From NCBI GenBank assembly GCA_020631215.1, contig JAHDHS010000008.1:13110-77109 (forward strand): a stretch of 64,000 nucleotides of DNA, in the 5' to 3' direction. The notes below the pieces were generated by a model. It was not told the DNA's origin. It worked only from the letters and a program-made list of their open reading frames with translations, and did not search any database. The DNA is from Hellea sp. Its GTDB lineage: Bacteria > Pseudomonadota > Alphaproteobacteria > Caulobacterales > Maricaulaceae. The position numbers and the translations under genes are program-made. The stretch's first letter is position 1; each line of letters starts with the position of its first letter. Below, piece after piece: positions 10,088 through 18,654 of this stretch.

Positions 10088-11385
10088 AGGATAAACTTGG
10101 AGAGGTCCTGATCGCTGGCGAGTTTGCCGACATGTTCACGCACGTAAGCCGCGTCAATCGTGACGGTTTCTCCGCCGCTATCTGTGGCCTTAAAGCTGAT
10201 ATCATCCAAGAGGCGTTCCATGACAGTGTGCAGGCGGCGGGCGCCTATATTTTCGACCGATCCATTTACTTCAGCGGAGATTTTCGCAATTTCCTTGATG
10301 CCGTCTTCGGTAAAGTCGAGAGTCACATCTTCGGTCGCCATCAGGGCTTTATATTGCTTGATCAGGCTGGCTTCGGGCTCAGTTAGAATACGGACAAAGT
10401 CTTCTTCGGTCAGAGCCCGCAGCTCCACCCGAATGGGTAGGCGGCCCTGTAATTCGGGCAGTAGGTCAGAGGGTTTAGCCACATGAAAAGCGCCGCTGGC
10501 GATAAACAGGATATGATCGGTTTTCACCGGCCCGTATTTGGTGGATACAGTCGTGCCTTCAATCAGCGGCAGCAAATCGCGCTGCACGCCCTCGCGTGAG
10601 ACATCGCCGCCGCGCGCATCAGACCGCGCGGTGATTTTGTCCACCTCGTCCAGAAAGACAATGCCATCCTGTTCCGCGATATCCAAAGCTTCGCGTTTGA
10701 TGGCATCATCATCGAGCAGCTTGTCGGATTCTTCGGACAGGAGTGGACCATGGGCATCGCCAATGCGCAGCTTAACCTTCTTGGTTCGCCCGCTTTTGCC
10801 AAGCATGGCCGATAAATCCAGCATGCCCATGCTCGCGCCGGGTTGTCCGGGAATATCAAAGCCCTGAAAGGGTGAGGCCGTATCTGAAAGTTCCAGCTCG
10901 ACCTCTGTATCGTCGAGCTCGCCTTTCAGTAATTTCTGCCGGAATTTATCGCGGGCGGCCTCGCGGCCCCCTTCGCCGACCAAGGCGTCCAGAATACGCT
11001 TTTCTGCAGCAAGCTCTGCTTGCGCCTGTACCTGAGATCGTTTCTGGTCACGAAGCAAGGTGATGGCCGCTTCGACCAGATCGCGGATAATTTGTTCGAC
11101 ATCGCGCCCGACATAGCCGACTTCGGTGAACTTCGTGGCCTCAACCTTGATAAAGGGGGCTTGCGCGAGCTTCGCCAGGCGGCGGGAGATTTCAGTTTTC
11201 CCGACGCCTGTGGGCCCAATCATCAGAATGTTTTTTGGCGTGACTTCCGCGCGTAGATCTTCCGGCACGCGCCGCCTGCGCCAGCGATTGCGCAGTGCAA
11301 TGGCAACCGCGCGTTTGGCATCGCTTTGCGCCACAATATGGCGGTCGAGCTCGGAAACAATTTCTCTGGGGGAAAAGTCTGTCAT
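10084..11385 (-). CDS. hslU: ATP-dependent protease ATPase subunit HslU
   Basis: 433 aa. Walker [16 protein letters not shown] and full-length HslU-like sequence. Confidence 0.97.
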   Translation of the reverse strand: MTDFSPREIVSELDRHIVAQSDAKRAVAIALRNRWRRRRVPEDLRAEVTPKNILMIGPTGVGKTEISRRLAKLAQAPFIKVEATKFTEVGYVGRDVEQIIRDLVEAAITLLRDQKRSQVQAQAELAAEKRILDALVGEGGREAARDKFRQKLLKGELDDTEVELELSDTASPFQGFDIPGQPGASMGMLDLSAMLGKSGRTKKVKLRIGDAHGPLLSEESDKLLDDDAIKREALDIAEQDGIVFLDEVDKITARSDARGGDVSREGVQRDLLPLIEGTTVSTKYGPVKTDHILFIASGAFHVAKPSDLLPELQGRLPIRVELRALTEEDFVRILTEPEASLIKQYKALMATEDVTLDFTEDGIKEIAKISAEVNGSVENIGARRLHTVMERLLDDISFKATDSGGETVTIDAAYVREHVGKLASDQDLSKFIL

Positions 11386-11425
11386 GTCACATTAAATGGT
11401 AAGAGTTAGTTGAATTACAAGGCGG

Positions 11426-12463
11426 CTATGGCTCTTCATAGGGCGGCGGAAACACTTTCCATTTGGGCAAGACTTTGATGATTTGATTGCGGGCTGCATG
11501 CCATCCAGCCCCTAGAAAAACGACGGCTGCGCCCAAGGCCACAAATGCCATAGTCACGCTCATTCCGAATTTCATGCCTGCACCGTCAAATAAATAGGCC
11601 AAGGCAAAAATGCCGTAGCCTAGCGAACTGACAATCAAGGCCCGGCGGTTAATGGCAAGCCCGACAAAAGAAATGAAGGCTATGATGACGAGTATGACCG
11701 CCGCGTCAGCCCGGTTAATACTGACCATTGGCACAAATCCAAATAAAACATCCGACTTCATGCTGACGGACATAACGGCCAGTCCATGGATAATCATCGG
11801 GGCTGCAATGAAGTGAAGCCAAAATGCGTTATCGGCAAACCGCGTGCGGCGATGCGTATCCCGAACGTCATAAGCCAGCGCCGCTCCAAACACGGCGAGA
11901 CCTGCCAGTAATAATACAACGCCAAGATTTGACTTGGTCAACCCCGGCGCAATTTGGCCAAGCACGGCAAACAGCAAGTAAAGTAAGGCTAGGGCGATCA
12001 GCGCGATACAAAAGGGCAGGCGAATACGCCAATAAAACAGTCCCATCGCGGCGGCAGTGATGAACGCCACTAAAATATCTCCGCCTCCGATAAGAGCCGT
12101 TAGGCCGCGCTGCACAAATATAAGAAAGGCGAGGGCCAGGATTAGTGTTGGAAAATGCGCCCGCTTTTTTCGGCCGAAATAATCCGCCAATATGGCCGAC
12201 ACAGCCGCAGCGGCCAGAAATAAAACCCCGCCGCCTGACATGGCGATAAGACCTGACAGGCCCAGCATTAATATGATTAGGCCGAGCCCGATAAAGACAT
12301 CCGAAAAGCTCCGCAGAAAGCGCATATTATCTTCCTGCCCGATCGTTGAGGTGTCGTCGCCCGCTGGCAGTTCAACACCCATGGACTTTGCTTGATCCGG
12401 GGTGATTATGCCTGCTTCCAAGGCTTTTCGAACCTGTTCGGGTGTCATTTGAGTGTCGGTCAT
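11426..12463 (-). CDS. Polytopic membrane protein inserted between hslV and hslU
   Basis: 345 aa. Soluble N-terminal ~45 aa (TPEQVRKALEAGIITPDQAKSMG), then about 8-9 hydrophobic helices. 29-nt and 40-nt gaps to hslV and hslU on the same strand. Confidence 0.7.
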   Translation of the reverse strand: MTDTQMTPEQVRKALEAGIITPDQAKSMGVELPAGDDTSTIGQEDNMRFLRSFSDVFIGLGLIILMLGLSGLIAMSGGGVLFLAAAAVSAILADYFGRKKRAHFPTLILALAFLIFVQRGLTALIGGGDILVAFITAAAMGLFYWRIRLPFCIALIALALLYLLFAVLGQIAPGLTKSNLGVVLLLAGLAVFGAALAYDVRDTHRRTRFADNAFWLHFIAAPMIIHGLAVMSVSMKSDVLFGFVPMVSINRADAAVILVIIAFISFVGLAINRRALIVSSLGYGIFALAYLFDGAGMKFGMSVTMAFVALGAAVVFLGAGWHAARNQIIKVLPKWKVFPPPYEEP

Positions 12464-12492
12464 TGATGTCCTTCAAGTGTTCGATCAAGAGC

Positions 12493-13065
12493 CTAGCTAT
12501 CGAGGCTCTCTAGGGTCAGATTGCCGTTGGTGAAGACGCAAATCTGATCTGCGATTGCCATGGCCTTGCGGGCCAGGGTCTCGGCATCTTTTTCATATTC
12601 ATCCATGGACAGCGCGGCAGCCAGCGCGAAATTTCCGCCGCTTCCGATTGCCGTAATACCGGAACCTGTGGGCAATTTATCAGGCTTAACCACATCGCCA
12701 TTCCCGGTCAGCACATAGGTCTCATCCTTATCGGCGACGATCATCATGGCCTGTAATTGGCGCAAATATTTGTCCATCCGCCAGTCTTTTGCCAGTTCCA
12801 CACAGGCGCGGGCCAGCTGTGTCGGGTGCTGCTCCAACTTGGCTTCGAGTCGCTCCAGCAGGGCAAAAGCATCGGCGGTTGCGCCCGCAAATCCGGCGAG
12901 CACTTTGCCGCCCGCTAAGGTGCGCACTTTTCGTGCCCCGGCTTTCATGACCGTGTTACCCGCGCTGACCTGCCCGTCACCGACAACAACGACTTTACCG
13001 TTTTTACGAACGGAAAGGATAGTCGTGCCACGCCATTTGGACGCGTCGGCATAATCATATGTCAT
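12493..13065 (-). CDS. hslV: ATP-dependent protease subunit HslV
   Basis: 190 aa. [22 protein letters not shown] with the catalytic Thr context. Confidence 0.96.
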   Translation of the reverse strand: MTYDYADASKWRGTTILSVRKNGKVVVVGDGQVSAGNTVMKAGARKVRTLAGGKVLAGFAGATADAFALLERLEAKLEQHPTQLARACVELAKDWRMDKYLRQLQAMMIVADKDETYVLTGNGDVVKPDKLPTGSGITAIGSGGNFALAAALSMDEYEKDAETLARKAMAIADQICVFTNGNLTLESLDS

Positions 13066-13076
13066 ATCAGTCTCCG

Positions 13077-13382
13077 TTAGAGCTTTTGTTTTCGCGCCTC
13101 AAATGCTGCGAGTTGTTCGGGAGTAGCGGGGGGCTGATGATTGGCTTTCCAATCTGAATAAGCCATGCCGTAAACACGCTCCCGCGCGGCTTCCATATCG
13201 ACATCCAGTCCGGATTCGTCTGCAGCGGATTTGTACCATTTGGACAGGCAGTTCCGGCAGAAATTGGCCAGGATCATCAGGTCAATATTTTGAACATCCT
13301 TATTGTCATCCAGATGTTTTAACAGCCGCCGAAATGTGGCGGCGTCCAAGGCGTCTTGTTGGACTTGTGTCAGATCGGTCAT
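13077..13382 (-). CDS. DUF1244 family protein
   Basis: Start moved to the ATG at 13382 ([24 protein letters not shown]...[11 protein letters not shown]). The upstream extension in the track overlaps the Trm112 gene. Confidence 0.75.
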   Translation of the reverse strand: MTDLTQVQQDALDAATFRRLLKHLDDNKDVQNIDLMILANFCRNCLSKWYKSAADESGLDVDMEAARERVYGMAYSDWKANHQPPATPEQLAAFEARKQKL

Positions 13383-13383
13383 T

Positions 13384-13581
13384 TCACGTCTCCACAGACC
13401 GCGCCCGTTCAGGCAATAGAATGGGAACTCCGTCGCGTATCGGATAGGCCAGCTTGGCTTTCTTGCTGATAAGCTCTTGCGCCGCCCGATCAAAAACCAA
13501 TGGCCCGCGCGTTTTCGGGCAAACCAAAATGCCGAGCATTTTCGGGTCAATCGCAACTTGTTTACTGGGTTGATCTGTCAT
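13384..13581 (-). CDS. Trm112/UPF0434 family protein
   Basis: 65 aa. [14 protein letters not shown] ... [15 protein letters not shown], typical Trm112-like. Confidence 0.85.
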   Translation of the reverse strand: MTDQPSKQVAIDPKMLGILVCPKTRGPLVFDRAAQELISKKAKLAYPIRDGVPILLPERARSVET

Positions 13582-13608
13582 AATGTCCTTTATTGCCTAG
13601 AATCGTCC

Positions 13609-14301
13609 TTATTGTCTGGCATCGCCCTTACCGCCATCCGCCTGGCTGGCATATAGATGCATCAGGCCGATCAGCAAACGCCGCCGGTCATCACTTGTCT
13701 CGGCCTCTAAAAGGGACTGTTTGTCTTCGGGTGCAAAGGGGCTGATCATCGCGGCCTGATTGATCAGGACGGGCAGCGGAATTTCCGCCAGGCTGTCCCA
13801 ATCCACTTGAACACCCAGCGCGTTGGCCAAGGATTTCATCGCGACGGTCAAGGCCGCCCGGTCAGAGCGCCCGGTTTCTGACAGCGCTTCGCTGGTCTGT
13901 TTGGCGATATGGGTTTCGGCGTCATTTTCATAGGCGGAAAAATCCACTTTGGCCTGACGATAAGGCGTCGTCACATCCAGCTCTTCGGTAATGGCAAACC
14001 GCTTTAATCCTTTTAGCACGACGACATAACGCCCATCATCCGTTTCAGAAAATTGAGTGATACGGCCCAGACCACCTATCTTGGCGATGTCTTTGCCGGG
14101 GCCTGTTTGCACCATACCAATCAGACGATCGCCTTTCAGGGCGTCATCAATCATGTTTAAATAACGGGGCTCAAAAATATTCAGAGGCAAATCACAGGCT
14201 GGCAGCAAGAGCGCGCCGGAAAGCGGAAAAAGCGCAATCACGTCCGGCTTGGTGCGCCGGGTCAGGGATTTGTAATGGGTGCTCATTAAATCCTTAGGCA
14301 A
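13609..14301 (-). CDS. LON peptidase substrate-binding (LON N-terminal) domain protein
   Basis: 230 aa. FPLSGALLLPACDLPLNIFEPRY motif of the Lon N-terminal domain family. Confidence 0.8.
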   Translation of the reverse strand: MPKDLMSTHYKSLTRRTKPDVIALFPLSGALLLPACDLPLNIFEPRYLNMIDDALKGDRLIGMVQTGPGKDIAKIGGLGRITQFSETDDGRYVVVLKGLKRFAITEELDVTTPYRQAKVDFSAYENDAETHIAKQTSEALSETGRSDRAALTVAMKSLANALGVQVDWDSLAEIPLPVLINQAAMISPFAPEDKQSLLEAETSDDRRRLLIGLMHLYASQADGGKGDARQ

Positions 14302-15178
14302 ATAAAATGGATGATAGTCGGCGGCGACCCTCTATCGACACATCGGATTCTGTGCCTTCTGCTTCGAAGATAGTCAGCAAAAACAGCCGAGCCTGCTCAT
14401 CTTTATAGGCGCGGTTCTTGCCAATGGAATAAAGCAAATGATCCACCGCCTCACCATTTCGTCCCGCACCCGCCAAAGCCTTGGCCAAAGCATAGCGCGC
14501 ATCCAGATCATCGGGCTTGGCCTGCACCGCCGCTGCCAGCCCTGCCGTTTCATCATCGGCGACAGGCTCGGCCGTCAGGGATAATTTGGACCGGACAGCC
14601 GCGATTTCCGGATGATCCGTGATCGACGCCGGCGCTGCCGCGATTAATTCTGCCGCTCCGGTCTCATTGGCGCTCTCCAGATAAAGCCGCGCCAGCCCCG
14701 CCAGCGCGCCGGCATTTTCCGGATGCAGCTGCAAAGCCTGGGCATAATCCTGTGCCGCCCCGCCCGGATCGCCCGCCGCGAGACTGTCCTTGGCCCGCGC
14801 GACCAGCTCTTCGGCTTCGGCCGCCGGGTCTGCCTCGCCGGACAGGCGGGCGATGAATTTGTTCAGCTCTGATTCCGGCTGACCGCCCATAAAACCGTCC
14901 ACGGGTTGTCCATCTTTAAACCCGAACACGGCCGGGATAGACCGCACACCCAGCTGTCCGGCCACGCCGGGATTTTCGTCAATATTGATTTTGACCATAT
15001 TGACTGCGCCGCCTGCCGCTTTCACCGCGCGTTCCAAAGCGGGCATAAGCTGCTTGCACGGCCCGCACCAGGGCGCCCAGAAATCTACCACGACGGGCGT
15101 GGTTTTACTCGCCTCGATGACATCGGCCATAAAGGCCTGATCTGAGCTGTCTTTGATGATGACGGCGGTGTCGTTCAT
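14294..15178 (-). CDS. Thioredoxin-domain plus TPR co-chaperone (YbbN-like)
   Basis: 294 aa. Thioredoxin fold with WAPWCGPCK, then a TPR-like C-terminal half. Confidence 0.88.
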   Translation of the reverse strand: MNDTAVIIKDSSDQAFMADVIEASKTTPVVVDFWAPWCGPCKQLMPALERAVKAAGGAVNMVKINIDENPGVAGQLGVRSIPAVFGFKDGQPVDGFMGGQPESELNKFIARLSGEADPAAEAEELVARAKDSLAAGDPGGAAQDYAQALQLHPENAGALAGLARLYLESANETGAAELIAAAPASITDHPEIAAVRSKLSLTAEPVADDETAGLAAAVQAKPDDLDARYALAKALAGAGRNGEAVDHLLYSIGKNRAYKDEQARLFLLTIFEAEGTESDVSIEGRRRLSSILFA

Positions 15179-15699
15179 GGGTTTATCTCTTCATTAAGGG
15201 CCGCAAAATCAATGATCTGCGGGTTGTGTCCTGTGGCCTTGGCAAAGCGCACAATGTCTTCGCTAGAGATGGCGGTTGAGGCCGTATTTCGCAAGGGGTG
15301 AAACCACACAGTTTCATGCTCCAATAACCGGCTGTCCAAAACCAGTTTCACATCCCCGGCGGCGTCGTTCAAAATGGCATATAACGTCACAGATCCGGGC
15401 TGTACGCCAAGTTTCTCCTCCAGCGCCTCGGCCTTGCCAAAGGACAGGCGCTTGGTGCCGATTTTACCGTGCAGCTTATTGACCTTGATGATCGTATCAT
15501 TGATCGCGCAGACCAGCACAAATTGCCCGGCCTTGTCTTTTAAAAACAGGTTTTTCGTGTGACCGCCAATCATGTCGGCTTTCACTCCGGCGCTCTCTTC
15601 GACCGTAAAGACGGCCTCATGTTCCACCGTGCGGTGTTCTATGCCCTGCGCGTCAAACAGGGCGTAAAGGGCGGTTTCTTGCGGGTTTATCTGTGTCAT
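15175..15699 (-). CDS. Prolyl-tRNA editing protein (YbaK/ProX-like)
   Basis: 174 aa. GHTKNLFLKDKAG and PLRNTASTAI motifs of the Ala/Cys-tRNA(Pro) deacylase family. Confidence 0.8.
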   Translation of the reverse strand: MTQINPQETALYALFDAQGIEHRTVEHEAVFTVEESAGVKADMIGGHTKNLFLKDKAGQFVLVCAINDTIIKVNKLHGKIGTKRLSFGKAEALEEKLGVQPGSVTLYAILNDAAGDVKLVLDSRLLEHETVWFHPLRNTASTAISSEDIVRFAKATGHNPQIIDFAALNEEINP

Positions 15700-15818
15700 A
15701 GGGGGGTGTTACAGCCAGATGAAAAAAAACGCAAAAGTTGGTTGAATTTAGTAAGACTTTAGGGTTATAGGGGCGCCCTGCCAAAGATGGATTACCCATC
15801 TTCCTACGCAAAATATGA

Positions 15819-15893
15819 GCGGGCGTAGCTCAGTGGTAGAGCATCACCTTGCCAAGGTGAGGGTCGTGGGTTCGAATCTCATCGCCCGCTCCA
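15819..15893 (+). tRNA. tRNA-Gly (anticodon GCC)
   Basis: Hand-folded cloverleaf: acceptor GCGGGCG/CGCCCGC, D arm GCTC..GAGC, anticodon stem TCACC/GGTGA with loop TTGCCAA, T arm GTGGG-TTCGAAT-CTCAT, encoded CCA. Confidence 0.95.
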
Positions 15894-16039
15894 TTTTTCC
15901 TTTAAGAAACATATGTTTAGCGGATATTGGTCGCGAGGTCAAATCTGGCCCGTTGCTCCAGTAATCACATAGTAAGCACGGCCTTTATTATTGTGAAACT
16001 ACAGGTTAGTATTTGACCTGATTTTATGAAGGGCTAGCG

Positions 16040-16513
16040 ATGGAAGAGACATACCTGAAATATTTACAAATTTATCATGCGAGCAAAGACTCAAGCGGAA
16101 GCCTTTTCAGATCATTCGTAGATAATTGGTATGCGTATCATAGAGGACCACCTTTTCTGAACAGCAAAGGTAGTCCTAAATGGTTCAACAACCCTCATCC
16201 CCAAAAAGAAAAAGAAGCTCTATTGGCTATGGATTTTATTTCTAAGGCGGCGCTTCAAGTCATTAATGGACACCAAAGTGATCGGCTAGTCAAAGACCAT
16301 GCAGTTCCAATTCGAGAAATACGAACAAGATTTGCTTTATTGGAACAACCAAGCCTTACCGATATTAGGCAATTCCTTGTTGCAACATATAAACTGGGAG
16401 TCATAACCAAAACTCAGGACTTGATGTTGAATGCAGCAAAACTGCGATCAACAATGCCAAAGCAATCGGATTGGAAGGCACGGTACAACGCAATCAAGAT
16501 TGAAGAAGCATAG
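16040..16513 (+). CDS. Orphan hypothetical protein in an AT-rich islet next to tRNA-Gly
   Basis: 157 aa, visibly AT-rich codon usage. The only motif I can point to is KDHAVPIREI. No family recognised. Confidence 0.55.
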   Translation: MEETYLKYLQIYHASKDSSGSLFRSFVDNWYAYHRGPPFLNSKGSPKWFNNPHPQKEKEALLAMDFISKAALQVINGHQSDRLVKDHAVPIREIRTRFALLEQPSLTDIRQFLVATYKLGVITKTQDLMLNAAKLRSTMPKQSDWKARYNAIKIEEA

Positions 16514-16540
16514 CGACTGAATGAAACTAGCCCCAACAAT

Positions 16541-16564
16541 CCCCCACTTCTTAACAAGTGGGGG
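16541..16564 (+). terminator. Hairpin after the orphan gene (no T tract)
   Basis: CCCCCACTT-cttaac-AAGTGGGGG, followed by a second hairpin GTAACGG..CCGTTAC (16564..16589). Confidence 0.35.
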
Positions 16565-16797
16565 TAACGGATAGGCTAATCGCCGTTACCACGCTCATGC
16601 TATTCCCCACGGTTGTTTGCATTTTACAACGCGACTTTTTAGCTTTTTCCTGTTCAACTAACATGAACTGACATCGTCATCGGATAAGCCTAAAAAGTCA
16701 CCTTGCTAAATCGTGCGTAATGACAAACGCGGATTATACTGCCCGGCTTTGGCGGGGCGGGTGAGCTTCGCGTTGCCTCTCAATGAGGGAATACGCC

Positions 16798-18093
16798 TTA
16801 GGGTGAGGGCGTGTTTGGGTTGAGGGTGTGTTTTAGGATCAGGCCGAGGGCGATGAGGGTTAGGCCTGTGAGCCAGATTTTGACAGGGACGAAAAAGGCG
16901 AGGCCCAAACATCCAGCCAGCCCCATCACCGATATGGCGCGCGGGAAAATTCGTTCACTTTCGGGTTGTCTGAGGGCGGCAATATTGGTGATGGAGTAAT
17001 ATATTAAAACCGTGAAGGCGCTAAAGCTCCAGACGGTTTTGATGTCGCCGATGGCGGTCAGGGCGGTGATGAAAAGCCCGACGCCCATTACGGCCCATGT
17101 CGGATTGCCGGACGTGCTGATCTGGGCGAGCTTTACCGGCATGTCGCGGCGGCGGGCCATGGCCAGCACAACGCGCGAGAGGCCCAAAATTAAATTCAGC
17201 AAGACGCCGAGCATCGCAACCACCGCGCCAATGGCAATGAGTTTGGGCAGCCAAGGCTGCGCCATCGCCCGGGCGGCCAGTTCGAGGGGGGCGGCCGCTT
17301 GATAGGCTTTCGGCGCGATGGTCTCAGCCCCGACGGTTAGGATGGCAGCCAAAGCGACGCCCAGATAAGTGACCGTGCTCACGACCAGGGTCAGAATGAT
17401 CGCGCGGGGGATGGTGCGTTTGGGCTCGCGTACTTCCTCGCCCATCGTCGCGATACGGCCATAGCCCGTAAAGGCCACAAACATCAGGGCTGAGGCATAA
17501 AAGAAAGACAGCCCTGCATCCGGCGCGGGTTGAAAGAAGGGGGTTAGATTGTCTGTGCTGTCAGGGCCAAGCCGAATAAGGGCGGCTATGATAAAAGCGG
17601 ATAAGGCGAAGAGGGTCAGGCTGACTATGATCGTATTGACCAGATTGGATCGCCGCAGGCCGGAACAGACAAGGGCCGTCATGATGAGCGTAATGCCGCC
17701 TGCCAGAAAGGGTAAGTAATTTCCGGCATCCACACCGAATAAATGCGCGGCATAGGAAATCGTGCCGAGGGCAGCCGTGGCCGCCGAAGCAGATTTGGCC
17801 AGCAGGAACAGCCATCCCGCCGAAAACCCAACCTTGTTATTGATCAGGCGGTAGCCATATTCATAGGTGCCGCCGCTGACCGGGTGGGACGCGGCCAATT
17901 GCGCGCTGGACAGGGCGTTGCAGGTGGCGACCAAGGCGGCCAGCATAATCGCGGCAATCGCGGAGGGGCCGGTCACGCCTGCGGCGATTCCGATGCTGAC
18001 GAAAACGCCTGTCCCGAAGATAGAGCCCAGCCCTAAAAACAGCGCGCCCCAAAGGCCTAATGAACGCGAGAGAGTTTGGGCGGGTTGGTTCAC
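16798..18093 (-). CDS. APC-family amino acid permease
   Basis: 431 aa, about 12 TM helices. GLGSIFGTGVFV motif typical of the amino acid/polyamine/organocation superfamily. Confidence 0.88.
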   Translation of the reverse strand: MNQPAQTLSRSLGLWGALFLGLGSIFGTGVFVSIGIAAGVTGPSAIAAIMLAALVATCNALSSAQLAASHPVSGGTYEYGYRLINNKVGFSAGWLFLLAKSASAATAALGTISYAAHLFGVDAGNYLPFLAGGITLIMTALVCSGLRRSNLVNTIIVSLTLFALSAFIIAALIRLGPDSTDNLTPFFQPAPDAGLSFFYASALMFVAFTGYGRIATMGEEVREPKRTIPRAIILTLVVSTVTYLGVALAAILTVGAETIAPKAYQAAAPLELAARAMAQPWLPKLIAIGAVVAMLGVLLNLILGLSRVVLAMARRRDMPVKLAQISTSGNPTWAVMGVGLFITALTAIGDIKTVWSFSAFTVLIYYSITNIAALRQPESERIFPRAISVMGLAGCLGLAFFVPVKIWLTGLTLIALGLILKHTLNPNTPSP

Positions 18094-18171
18094 AAATTAG
18101 CCTTATGTGGGAATTGGGTTCAGACCCTAGGTGAACTCTGCGCGGGCGGCAATAAAAATGGGGGCAACCAT

Positions 18172-18199
18172 AAAAAAACCCGCCTCATAAGGGCGGGTT
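18172..18199 (-). terminator. Intrinsic terminator of the Lys/Glu-rich protein gene
   Basis: CCCGCC-loop-GGCGGG hairpin. On the minus strand it is followed by seven T. Confidence 0.7.
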
Positions 18200-18221
18200 A
18201 TGGGCGCGCTAAATCAGCGGC

Positions 18222-18557
18222 TTAGCGGCGGGCTTTGCGCGCGGCATATTTGGCGTCGCGGCGAGCCTTTTGTGCTTTTTTCAGCTCTTCCTGCGCTTTT
18301 ATGCGCGCTTCTTCGGCGAGCTTGGCCTTACGGGCTTTTTCGGCTTTTTCTTCGGCAAGTCTGGCTTCGCGGGCTTTCTTCTCGGCGGCGCGCTTGGCTT
18401 CGCGTTCCTCGCGCTTTTTATTGCGCTCGGCCCGCTCTTTCATGAGCTTTTCTTTTTCCTCCGGGCTGAGTTCTTTTTTCTTGGCCCGTTTCAGCATAGC
18501 CAGCTTGGCTTCTTTTTGGGCTTGGAGGCGGTCGGAAAATGTTTGACCCGGGATCAT
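18222..18557 (-). CDS. Small highly charged K/E/A/R-rich protein
   Basis: 111 aa, almost entirely KEKL/AEKKAREARLAEEKAEKARKAKL-type charged helix. Own terminator. The low-complexity DNA keeps several other frames open. Confidence 0.6.
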   Translation of the reverse strand: MIPGQTFSDRLQAQKEAKLAMLKRAKKKELSPEEKEKLMKERAERNKKREEREAKRAAEKKAREARLAEEKAEKARKAKLAEEARIKAQEELKKAQKARRDAKYAARKARR

Positions 18558-18654
18558 AGAGTTACCTTTATTCTAGGGAGGGATTTCGAGGCCGTATATC
18601 GGCGAGCCCTCCCTAAAAATCAAGACCTATATGAAGATGATTTATGAGAGCGCC

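Noticed and set aside
15700-16800. Prophage or integrative element at tRNA-Gly
   Set aside because: No integrase, excisionase or phage genes are present, and I found no direct repeat of the tRNA 3' end downstream. Only a ~0.9-kb AT-rich islet with one orphan ORF remains.
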